Source: Laetmonice hystrix (Eukaryota). Taken from it: a stretch of 64,000 nucleotides of DNA. Made by a program: the position numbers and the translations under genes. The stretch spans positions 17,670,001 through 17,734,000 of the forward strand of contig OZ249444.1 of assembly GCA_965235115.1 (NCBI GenBank). The letters run 5' to 3'. The notes below the pieces were generated by a model. It was given only the letters and a program-made list of their open reading frames with translations. It ran no database searches and had not been told where the DNA came from. Below are positions 1-12,600 of this stretch, in pieces; the first letter of the stretch is position 1; each line of letters starts with the position of its first letter.

Positions 1-1731
1 TCCCGCAGATGTCCGTGAAATGTGGTGTCAGAGATCTTGTATCATAGCTTGACTTTGGGCCGTTAAATGTGCTATATGGATGACGACTGACCTTTCACTG
101 TCATAACTTTAACTGTTTGGGTTTAATGGATCTCTATAACTTTGCTCACTGCTCATTCTACGGTCTCCCCCCAGAGGTTCACCGCCCCATCCATTACTAG
201 GTTTTAGTAGCGCCGTGATTTACCCCCTGGCGGCGGGGTGGTGTCTCAGGGTTGACTGTTGGGGGAATGCGTGGTGGCTGGTTACCAGGTGATAGAATGT
301 TATCAGGAATGACAGCGGGATGGTCAGAGATTGTCATGAAGAATTACGACGTGTTGGTCAGTCAGGTCCAGAATGTCGTCAGGAGAATGTCGATTTCTGT
401 GGTAGTGGCAGCAGGATATTGTAATGTACTCTCGCTGGGAATGGCAAGGGATTATGGTCAGGAAAAGTAAGTGGTTGAACGCTGGGATCCTAACCTTGTG
501 AATGGTACTCCAATCCTTTTAGATCAGCTCTGTATCACCTTACTTAATTCAATATATACGAAGTCAAGCCCAGTCTACCAATGTTCATCCTGATAAGGAT
601 GCCAGGTGAACTAATTTATACCACATCAAGTATGCCAGGCCCACAAGTTTACATTATGTGGCAAGCAGAAATGTATATCAGGCCCTAACAGTCTGTAGCC
701 TGTCCAGTGTGGTAACAAATGTGCCAGGATATTCAAGCGTAGAAAAAGACACAGTATGATGAGAGCATTCAGTTGATAGGCACTGTAGTTACGAATACCT
801 CCATCAACTTTTAGTGTGTGATTTAAATGGACCTTTGTCACGCCAACAGAGCAAAAAAAAACTAAGATGTTCATAACTAAATATTAATCAGATCCTAGCA
901 ATATAAATGTTACTTATTTTCCCGTGTAGTACTCGTGGAAGTCATTGAACAAAATATTAATTTTAGTTTAATCCTGAATTTTTATATGACAGATCCAATA
1001 TTGAAAACGGAGTTTATTTAGATTAAGAATATTGTTCAACGATTTGCCTGAAGTAGTAATGTGAAGAGGATCAGAAATCTAGGAAACTAATTATTTTAAA
1101 ATTCAAAGTTGGAATTCCACTTCCAGGAGTTGCCAGGAAGCTTGATGAGAGAAACACATAAGATTCTAGGAAGAAACAAAGAGAGGAGGACGCCAGCAGC
1201 GTGTCGAGAACCTTTTCCCTTGTGATTTTTGTAGGGGTGACAATGGAAGACCTCAGATCAGCCCTGTTCTCAGTCTACCCTCAACAGATGGGTAGTGAAG
1301 TGGTAAACAACAGTCTGGTCCGATATACGGCGGGAGAACGAACCAACTTCACTGGATGGTGAACACTGGCTGCAGTCGTTTTAACGTCTCACCGGAATGC
1401 AACATCGATTTTAAATATTGTAAGGCTGGAATCTCTGCATGATTTGCAGATCACAAGGAGGCCCTCTTCAAGCACAAAGCGATGGGGGAAAAATCCATGT
1501 ATAATTCACTTGGGTATCGCTTGTTTGAGGTACATGTTTAGCTGTATCTAAATGCATGGCCACGAACAGCAGCCATTGCTCGTATACAACACAGATTCAT
1601 ACCTGGAAATGGCCTGGTTGAAATACCTGTCATTTAGGCAGTGACACTGCCTGACTTCCGAAACTATATTAAAGGTGCGCCTCAAAGCAGGCGGTTATTT
1701 AAAATAAGACATTCGACAGAGGATTGGCAGG

Positions 1732-1900
1732 ATGTGGAGGCCAATCGTGGACCGCGTTCAGACTGTGGTGGGACAGATGCTGAATGATCTGGAGGAGTTC
1801 GCCACCCAGTTAAAGGATGAATTCATGGAAGGAGACAACATCAGCTGGGAGGACTCAGACGACAGCAGCGAATGGGGCAGTTCCGACATAGACGTATGGG
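1732..1900 (+). CDS. MCF2L: Candidate first coding exon A (MWRPIVDRVQ...SSDIDVW), phase 1
   Basis: In-frame TAA at 1705; ATG with A at -3; coding-like composition; donor GG|GTAAGT at 1901; phase 1 joins G+AC (Asp) at 31155. Confidence 0.75.
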
Positions 1901-4900
1901 GTAAGTGGAGTCCCTCCCTTTAACACTGTTTCCTTCACTCTACCTTTGGTGACGAATTGTATAATTGTGATAGAGTGATAGACCTTCACCCTGCACATAG
2001 CTGTACGCACAAAACAAAGTAGTGGCACTTAAACCCAATGAAAAACCTTCAGGCATTAGTCTAGGCTGCGAACGTGGGTCAGTACGGTACTCGTCTGCTC
2101 TGATGACGGCTCAACAACATCTCTTACTTTCCACCCTCAGTATAGTTGAACCTGATTGCCGACTATAAAGTTATTATTCAAAGGGCAAGGGTCTTAGTCG
2201 TCTTACACCAGCTGCGATTAATGGGTAGAATTCAGAATACCCCTTGGGCAGGGATGAAAGATACCGTCACCAAAATAGGACCATATAAAATTATATAAGT
2301 TCTGTGACTGAGATGTAAACCGGTTCTCGACCATCGACTCAATCACAGTGTTCCATCATCGAGGCCAGGTTATGGTCGGTCCAACATCGCCAACTGGTAC
2401 CACTAATGGAGTTGAAATTATATTAAAGTCTTCTTGGGCCACCGTTTGCGAATAATATCTATAACAACCAGACTGGTTATGTACGGCTTCCGATGGTTTC
2501 GTCGTTAAGGGCTAACAATAATGGATTGTCCTCCCAGCGGTGGTGTCTGCTTGTAATCGCTGTTCTGACATGGGTAAGCTCGATATTAATCACAAGGTTT
2601 TGGCCGGACGCAACAAATTTCCATATACTACTCATCAATGCTGGTTCGCTAACCGTCACCAGGCGGCAGCACCAACCAATGCCTGTGTATCGCATGTGGT
2701 GATGCTTGTCCCGCGCCGTATTATTGCGTGATAGGGAGGCGGGTTTTTTTTCTTTCATTTATAGATTCCTGCATTGTTAGATGCATATTTTTTTTTGTCT
2801 GTGTTCTGACGGTGGGATCATTTTTAGATAAAAATCAGAGCGTTCTGATAAGGGTTGGTAATATTGCAATTACAACGCTGGTGAATAATGCATGCGTCTG
2901 GATTTTACAAACAATGATTTATAAACACTGTACATGTGTTATAACAACCAGCCTAAAGACATTTCCTTTAATTCCCTTAAAAACAATACATTATGATACA
3001 CGTGACGGCTCAAGCCGATAAACAATGAAATATTAAACACTAAATTTAAACATTCCAACAGTCTCCAACCACCTACTCCTACGCACTTGATCCATTTTAC
3101 TCCGACGTACTTGATCCATATACTCTTAGTGCTGATCACACAGACTGCGAAATGTGCATTATTGGCCGATAGTTCTTAGATTGATTGACATAAAGCCCAA
3201 CATCTGCTGCGGCGGGGGCTGACAAAGTCTCCATCGCCTCGGTAAACACATGCGGTTTAAATCTAGCTGTGTTGTCATGCAAATGTCTCTGGTGCTTCCA
3301 GACGCATTGCAAGACTGTCCACAAATTCAATTGTACGGTGGCCATTGTGCAAGTATTTTCGGAATCGTATGCGGAAGCAGGCGCATATGGAGGCTGGCAC
3401 CGTGATAAAACGTTGGATAATGTTGTTGAGATATTCATGTAATCTAGACTTATAGCTTGTGCGTATGAAAATCTGATGCTATTTTATTTTTATTTTTCAA
3501 TAGTTGCAGCGTATCACTGTAATTACCGACAGGACATTTTCAGGAATAGAATGAAAAACAGCATGGCAGGAACATTTGTAGTGATAAATGTGGAGATGGC
3601 GTGTAACCATGGTTGATGAGAAATATCATATGATAGCTTATGTGATATGTCAGGTGAACATGCCGCATACTGTACAGCAGTAACTTTCCTTTGGTTAAGG
3701 TTCGATTATACGGGAGGGGTAACCTCCAATAGGTCTTAACTCCAATATCCTACCGACAGGAGTAGGTACATGTAATTCAGATGGAACAGCCAGCAGGGTA
3801 AGCATGGTCAGTGGACCGGGAAAATAACACAGGGCATTCTTCCGTAATGCTAGCTGTTCCATTGAAATTACCTACTCCTGATAGTGGTCAATAGAATATT
3901 TCTGCCAGGTGTGACGCCAAGGTAAGTGGGATTTCCCCGTCTATACCACGTGTATTCTGGACATATTGCCATTGTACGGTAGTACATCTAATGATAATAA
4001 GAAAGAGGACATCATTTTGTTATTGGTGAAGTCCACGAAGTAATCATTTTGTTATTGGTGAAGTTCACGAAGTAATCATTTTGTTATTGGTGAAGTCCAC
4101 AAAGTAATCATTTTGTTATTGGTGAAGTCCACGAAGTAATCATTTTGTTATTGGTGAAGTCCACGAAGTAAATCTATTGTCCTTTTAGACTATAGGATAA
4201 CCCCATTTAAAAGAGAACGAAAAATTAGGTAAATGCAATGATATAGAACTGGTACTGTACCCTACAGCCTCAGTTTACACGGAGTACTTTACATTCTTTT
4301 GGCGTGAGGGTGGAATGACTTCCTTGGCCTGGATCGAATTTATAACCAATAAACCTAGAATTTAACCTTTATACATGATACTTTTCGTTTCAGAAATTGA
4401 TGGCATAGATCATAGTGTTATCCCAAATAATGACGGAATCATAATTATAGTGTAAGGTGACTACTGACGTTTATATCCCAAAGATGCTTTGATCGTAGAT
4501 ATATAGTAGGACGTATTACTACATAATTATCTATGCTTTGATGGTACAGTGAGTGCATTACGAGGGATGCCATGGTGTATGCTTTGATTTGACACCAGAT
4601 GGCAGTGTGGAGCTAGGAGCTGGAAAGGCCGGGATTTCCGCATGAAGCATCACTGGGCTGTGGTATATATTCAAATGCTTGATTAAAATAATGATGAAAT
4701 AATAACACCATCTTTACCAGCTAATATTCACGAATACATATGAACCGTAATGGTTCCTGAGGGTGTGTATACCGTATAAGTATAGTGACCCTTTTATTTT
4801 ACATTAGAGACCATAACAGGAAAGCAAAGGAATTAGGCCTATTAGGATTGCCACATACCAGGTAGCTTTTTCGATGGGGTTCTTGTATGATAAATTGGCG

Positions 4901-6591
4901 AATAGTACATTTGTGTACTACCAACTTAAAGGGAGCGGCTAGTGACTCTGAGTTCTAAACAGTATAGATGGCAGCTAAGGTCACCATTGGTGTGACCCGC
5001 AGCTCAGACAGACTCTTGTTATTGTCGTACGGTCTGGTAGATTCGCTATGATAACATTCCCATGAAATTTGATGGTAGAAACTAAAATTATATCACAATT
5101 CCTAACCCCAACCCTCACCTTCCTTCCCGTCCCCAGTCTTCAGAACAAAAACCCTTTCCGTACGGATCGCTTGCCCCTCACCCTAACCCCAACCCTCACC
5201 TTCCTTCCCGTCCCCAGTCTTCAGAACAAAAACCCTTTCCGTACGGATCGCTTAACCCTCACCCTAACCCCAAACCTCGCCTCCCTTCCCGTCCCCAGTC
5301 TTCAGAACAAAAACCCTTTCCGTACCGATCGCTTAACCCTCACCCTAACCCCAACCCTCGCCTCCCTTCCCGTCCCCAGTCTTCAGAACAAAAACCCTTT
5401 CCGTACCGATCGCTTAACCCTCACCCTAACCCCAACCCTCACCTTCCTTCCCGTCCCCAGTTTTCAGAACAAAAACCCTTTCCATACCGATCGCTTGCCC
5501 CCTTACCCTAACCCCAACCCTCACCTTCCTTCCCGTCCCCAGTCTCCCTCACCTTCCTTCCCGTCCCCAGTCTCCCGACAAAAACCCTTTCCGTACCGAT
5601 CGCTTGCCCCCTTACCCTAACCCCAACCCTCACCTTCCTTCCCGTCCCCAGTCTCCCTCACCTTCCTTCCCGTCCCCAGTCTCCCGACAAAAACCCTTTC
5701 CGTACCGATCGCTTGCCCCGCACCCTAACCCCAAACCGTACCGATCGCTTGCCCCGCACCCTAACCCCAAACCGTACCGATCGCTTGCCCCGCACCCTAA
5801 CCCCAAACCGTACCGATCGCTTGCCCCGCACCCTAACCCCAAACCGTACCGATCGCTTGCCCCGCACCCTAACCCCAAACCGTACCGATCGCTTGCCCCG
5901 CACCCTAACCCCAAACCGTACCGATCGCTTGCCCCGCACCCTAATCCCAAACTGTACCGATCGCTTGCCCCGCACCCTAATCCCAACCCCAAAATTCGTA
6001 GGAATGTTACATGGAGAAATGGGTATGACATGAGCCCGAGTACTGACCATGATATATGACCAGCTTCATGACAGTGCCGCGCACGGGGACTAGGGGGTCC
6101 GGGGACATGCCCTATACTTGATTTTGGATGAGGGGGAGGGTTACAGACCTCCCCCCCCCTCCCCGCCTCCGCACGGCCCTGCCATGGGACATCATCCAAG
6201 GCATGCCTCTTGGCTGATAGCTCAGCAACCAATAAAGACCTCTACATGTCTAGGCAGATCCTCCCGGATCGTATAGCAGGTAGAGTGTGATCAAATGAAG
6301 GAATTCCCCCGTTCCGCCTCGGCCTGTGGATCAATCTACGAACCCACTGACCAGTGTTGGAGCCCCTGGCACCGCGCGATTACAGGGGACTCGTTGGGAG
6401 TTAGACTCAGCAAGACCATCAGCGGTAGGCAATTGGAAGACGGCCGCCACATATTTTATGATCATTAGTAGTGGAGGGGCAAGGTGGGTGGAGAAACAGT
6501 CGGCAGTCAGGACTGGTGCTCCATAGAGCGAGTGGAGAGCAGCAAGAGAACGCCTACAGCCACAGTGACAGCCACGCTGTCTCTGGATCTC

Positions 6592-6665
<74 letters not shown>

Positions 6666-9600
6666 GGTGATGGTGCTGCTGTTACTGCACACGCGCCAGG
6701 CACACGTCACCATCCAACAGCCCTTTGAATCAGCCGACAGCTTTCACAAACACCAAGATATGGGCCGATATCAGTCCACAGGCAACACCAATCTAGGCTT
6801 GGTCCCCCCGTCTCTGGCCGACTAGCCATCCAACCTGCCCGTATTATACAGACTACAGAGTGGATGATCTGCCGATGTCTGGGACGGACTGAAAGACTAC
6901 AGAGACGAAGCTGTCACTTCTAGGACTTCCATTGGTACATGCCACGCGCTGGCAATCTTACCTGATCTCAGACCAGAGCAAAAGAAAGTCACATATTGCA
7001 CCTCAGCATGGGCGATTTCAGGATATGACAGTCGCTAATTCTGTCGACCAGGAAGCGACAAAGTTGCAGAGACCATATTCAAACATCAAGAAAGGCAAGG
7101 TTTTTTCTCGGTAATCAGGAAACACCGTGACAGCAGCTGGCGTCTAGTTCTGTACCGATTGCCATGTGTGGGTGTTAGTAATGGCTGGCGCCGGGCGGCG
7201 TCATGTAAGATTTATTCTAACATTTAGATCAAGGCAATCAGAAAAAACTGTGTGCGCCAGAACCTGACGAAAGCCGACTTCTGGGAGACGTGTCCTATGG
7301 GCTGCTTGTTGGATTCCCAGGGTACCGAAATCTGTGGGTGGAACGGCAGCGAACCGTAACCATAGCGGGAGACAGAAGTCCGCCTCGAATACTCCCAACT
7401 TCGTCCTCTACCCAAGATATCGGACGCTGTGACCACTATACAGCCATGTGACCGTTACGGAGGGTGTGACAGTTACACGTTAGGTCACTGAGAGCCTGCA
7501 TGGTGACGCAGAAGATGCCGCCGTTTCGTTGGGCGTCAGTTATGGACCTCGGGTTCTGCTTTGGTGAAGTGAAGGGCCTCTTCTGGACGGCCTGCAGGTT
7601 GATGCACTTTGCACCTGCTGTGTGCTTCGGGGTCCAGGATTACCAAGGTAGGTCCCGCCCGGTCTTTGAGGGTGACAGGCTCATGACACCTGACATAAAG
7701 GAAAGACATCTGGACTGTGAGTGTTGGTTTGCAGGTCATGAGAAAGTTAGCATGGGATGTGAAGATCTTGCAGCCTGCATAGTCACACACCCACCTGCAT
7801 GCATACACATGCATGATACACTTACACATAAAGACACAGAAACACATCAATAGGAAAACTCTTAAGACAGCCATGGGACATCTCCCCGCAGATTTGATCC
7901 ATGTAATGATAACATGGAGTAGGCTTCCTCTTTTGATTGCGTTTTCATTCTCATGTCTGTAAACACACATTATTATATCCATAAACACCAGCTTCAAAAT
8001 GCCAATGTTCACATAAACCGCAGAGATATTCACGATAAGGTACGGAGTATCGTCGGAAGATATACACCATATATGGCATCCGAGAAATCGATGTGGCCCA
8101 CCCCCACATGTACCGGCAATGTACTACAATCGACAGCGCACTAGACTTTCCATATTGGAAGATGGAGAGAGTGCCAAGTCCTGCAGGCTTATATATTATG
8201 TGCAATGAATGAACTTATGCAAGCCTTGAATATGGTCTTTCCATAGCTTTCAGATAAACACAGGTGAAAACATATGGGAAAACATATGTGAGTACCTTGA
8301 CTGTTTAAATTTTTAAAATATCAAAAAGAGGGAAAACAAACATAGAACAAATTAAAGCCATTGCCTAATTTCCTGAGTCTGGCAGACCGTATAAACACAG
8401 GCCCATTTTATGCACTCTTCGAAAGAGTCGTTCTTTGCTCTGTTTCAAAATGAGGGGAAGGTATGTTTTTGTTTGGGCCCGGTGAGGGGAAAGAAACAAT
8501 GGAGATAAATGACAGAGGTATTGAGGGTGAAATGGTAACACTCAGGATGAACTCAGGTCAGGCTGACGTCAGATGTCAAGTTTATCTACAGACAGCAGGG
8601 CCGGATCCAGGGGGGGGGGGGGCGTGGGGGCGTACGCCCCCTATTTTTGGCAGAGTAATGATTTTTTGAGACTGGAATTTTACACTTGCCGGGAAAGGGC
8701 TTTGCGCCTTCGGCGCTCGCAATCTTCTCCAGGGGCTACGCCCCCCCCCCTTTCTAAGAATCCTGGATCCTGCCCTGGACAGGTTTACTGACTTCATCCC
8801 GTCTCCTGTCTGCTTTCTTCTAATCATCTTCAAGCGGTTTACCAGATTTTAATCTGTCATCTTATGTAGCTAGAACTTAGGTAGCTAGAACGGCAACATG
8901 ACGTAGTGAAGAACAATGTGGTAGATTACAATCTACGGTAAGACGTCTCCTTGGATATGATCAGTTGAGCTTGATTTGACTGCATGCAGAACCGTCAGAA
9001 CTTGAGCGGCTGCTGCCTCCATTCTTACTCTTCGCTCTGCACGTCCAAGACAACTTCATACGATTCTGACAACGGACCAGTTTCTTATCGTTACAGGACG
9101 GCTTCAACTCGGAAGTTCTTATGTTAGTTTATGCACAGGCAGCCCCAAATATTGTTATGTTCTGGCAGGAGGTAAGGGTTCGCTACATGATACAAGTCTG
9201 AGCTGACAGTCTGCTATCACAATGCAGTTCATGTAGTTGTTGGCCAGGATACAACATTGGTAAGGTACCAGTCTCCGTCAGCAGCCACAAGTACCGGATA
9301 AATATTTGGAGGTTTACATGTCGACTGGCCGTGCAGTCAAGTGGTACTGTGTATAAGGGCCTTATCTAGGACCGTCAACATGATGGCAGGATTCATGATA
9401 ACGGGAACCGGGTATTTTTCATCATCCACCTAGTACTTCAATCTCACAGGCGTATGCCTTCACAGCCTGACCTGAGGTCTCTAGGTACCAACGGGACTTA
9501 CTCGATATAAGAGGAAGGTCTCCCCACTAAAAAAAGTTAATTAACAAAAAAAAAAGAAAATCTTGGCCATGCAGTACACAGAGTATTGAGGAGGGATAGG

Positions 9601-12600
9601 TACAAGGTGTTGGCAAAGTTACATGAAAGTTTCTGACATTTGCAGCGAGTAACAGTTCGTTAACAGGTCATTGTTTGAGACCTATAGTTTAGTATAGCTG
9701 TATCAGTTTCAATATCAGTAACACGATCACCAGACCGAAATTAAGCACTATTAGTAGGTCAGATTTAACCTAAGTATAAAGGTTTGATATTCCGTCCTTA
9801 TACTATAGAACTTCGTCTCACGGACAGTTGAATGACGAGGGGTAAAGCCCCCATCCGGGTTGGACTGGGAGGGGTGACATAGTGCACCCCATTTTCAGGG
9901 CGTGGTGTTAGGCTGAATGAAGAGACCCCAGTGCTGGAGCCATCAGTAGATTTGAAGCAGAGCCAGATTGTGTCCAACATTTGAAAGCTGTTCTATGGTA
10001 GAGCGCTGGCACCGTCACAAGTCAAGGTTGAAGGATGACGCACCCCCCCCCCCCCCACACACACACCAATGTATCCTCTTCTGACCATTAATCAATGTAC
10101 ACATGTATATTGTATATTTGACAGAAAGGAGCGGATTATTTTCCGTAAGTGACTTCCTCTACATATAATAAATATTATCCAAGTCAAATCTACAGGGAAT
10201 GTATAGGGTAAAAAGTCCCAGCTGTCCTTTAACGCTGTTACAAATTTATTGGTTGTGTGTGGGTGGAGGTGGGGGCGTTAGGCGCAATAACTCCTCTCTC
10301 TTTCTGTTGCAGACAAAGGCTCCCCATTGTGGACTCTGTACATATCAAATACTATGGGGGATACACACGCTTTCCTGCGGTATTATAATTGAAATGCGAC
10401 AAGGTAAACTAAAGGGCACACTTAAAAGCCCTCCTTTAAGAAATTAAGTGTAATTATTTTGTGTTTAATGGGTTAGGCAAACCTTGAGGGAAATGTTTGT
10501 CTCATTTAGCAGTGGGTACAGAAGTTAGTGACTGCCTGAACACTTCATGTACCAGCTGGGAGCATAATTCCCGGCCCACAAACTACCAGAGGCCCGGCGC
10601 TTGGTACATTATGGTACTAATTATCGCGCATGAGAAGACTTTTGTTAGCCTCCAGGTTAGATCACACTAACACGTGACAGGTCAGTCGGGGTCAAACTGA
10701 TGGGAGTTGCTCCAGGTGTTCCTATGTGAGGACTAGTAATCGGGTCATCGGTCCCAACGATCCAGCCTTCATTATAGAGTGACCTGGAATTCCCACGGTC
10801 AGCATACCTGCGTGGTGTAGTTCGGGAGATCATGAATGGCGGAAGGATACGGACTACTTCTGATACATGATATGGCACGTAGTATGTTTTGGTTTCCCAT
10901 CATTTCACCACACCTTGAAACTCACAAACTAAAGTGGTCATGCATTCACTATCCAGGCAGCGAGGTGGATTTTCACAGCTAACCATCACAGTCATTATCC
11001 GTGCAATTTAACCGTCGATGCCAATCATCTTCGAAGGTCGTCTTTCTAACCCCCCCACCCCCCACCACCCCCCACCCCCACCACCCCACCACCCCCCCCA
11101 CCCAGTGAATTTGAAATGCTGAATTGAAGCTGTGCCGGAACAGAAACCATTTGCCGTATTACTAGAGTACAAGATGGTACCTACCCCCGAGAAGTACCGT
11201 ACCATACACCCGACCCTATATAAAGGCCAGCCTTGAACTATATGAGGCTTGCTACAATACATGTATAGTCTATCCTACCCCTCAGGTATCCGTACGGCCG
11301 TCAGCAACGCAGCGTTGCAGGTGTAAGGGCTCAGGTAAAACTTGGCACTGCTGGAGAGGGGAATTTTATCAATGATATCCGCCAAACTCATTATTTATTC
11401 AGTTTACTTTCAAGGCAAAATGATATTATGTATTTGGAGGAATTCGCTTCCAGTTAGGATTAAAGTAGGTAAGAGCTTTCAAAATCATAGCAGATTCAAA
11501 TGATGTGTTGTTTCGGTGGGATAAACTTGGCAACAATGGAGGGGGAGGGACTGGCAATTAGCAAGATATGCTGAAGTCATGAAATACATGGGCATAAAGC
11601 AAAATATTATATTGATCCGATAGGAGTAAGAGAGTACAACCAGCAGATCCATCTGAGAGTAGGCCTACTGATGCGACACACATGAAAAATCCTACCGAGA
11701 TATTTTCTTCTTATGTAGATTGAACCTTCTCTGCAGTGGATCATTTCCTCTCCCAAAGGTCAGTCGGATATATAGGTTAGCGAGTTATGACAACTCATGG
11801 CTGTGAGGACGACAAAAACAGATAATGATTGTGCATTTAACGTTCAGCCAAATTTGTAATTGGGATGCTTACGCAGGGAAGAATTGGCCATATTATTGCA
11901 TGGTATTACAGAATGTTAGCGGAAATAAAGCCATAACATCTAACACCAGTTTTGAAGAAGAAAAAATGAGAAGGGGAACTAGGTGGAACTAAAATGATCC
12001 ACATCTTGTACCGGGCAAGTATTCCAGACGATTAAACACAGCAGGTCTTACGGATTGTCTGCTAGAATAGAACTATAACAGACATTTATATTACATTGCA
12101 GTCAACGCTAACATTTTGATCTCCTGTCATCATTTACTGGGATTATGGAATTCAGCTAGGTAAAGATGGGACACTGCAACAGATAGCCAGAACAGGGTCA
12201 AGATTTTATTCGGTCGGTCAGTGTTTCTGCTGTTTTTGTGATGTATGATTCGGGTGCCCTTTGAGCCCACAGAGGGCACCCAGCAGGTGGGTCGCGACGT
12301 GATGGGTTGAGCGGGGCTGATGGTTGAGAAGATGTCCGCCAGGTGGACTCCAGTAAACAGTAGCCGTGGAGGAGTGGCGTGTTTATGATTACAGGAGGAC
12401 GCCCGGTGCCACCACTTGACCTCTTCCCGCTGGCTATTTGTTCACCTGTACACACCGTCAACACGACCATAGATCTGGGGGCAAAGGGGCCAGAAATTAC
12501 GAGCTGTGGGGAATCTGAGCAACCTCGAGTTATTAGCCCAAGGACCATAGTCTTTAAGTCGACCAGCTAGTTCCCACATAGATTACAAGCGATCCGGAGA

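Noticed and set aside
230-470. Minus-strand fragments resembling a LINE endonuclease end (ILDL..., ISDHPAV)
   Set aside because: Requires frameshifts and stops, and no GDFN motif upstream; too weak without an HMM search.
2130-2300. Minus-strand fragment resembling LINE RT (YLS...SEFYP..AGV...PL.F)
   Set aside because: Spacing is wrong, stops are present and no YADD-type motif follows.
3909-3921. 13-nt CAG|...|GTAAGT microexon-like site
   Set aside because: Frameshifting and poor pyrimidine tract; at most a UTR exon donor.
6072-6181. Possible MITE with CAGTGCCGCGC/GCACGGCCCTG ends
   Set aside because: Only 9/11 TIR match and the flanks (CATGA vs CCATG) do not form a TSD.
5069-6232. Several 100-200 aa ORFs on both strands
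   Set aside because: They are translations of the 81/36-bp tandem array (unit lengths divisible by 3), with no domain content.
6471-6825. Poly-Ala and poly-Cys ORFs
   Set aside because: Products of the (CTG)24 tract; no matching splice context.
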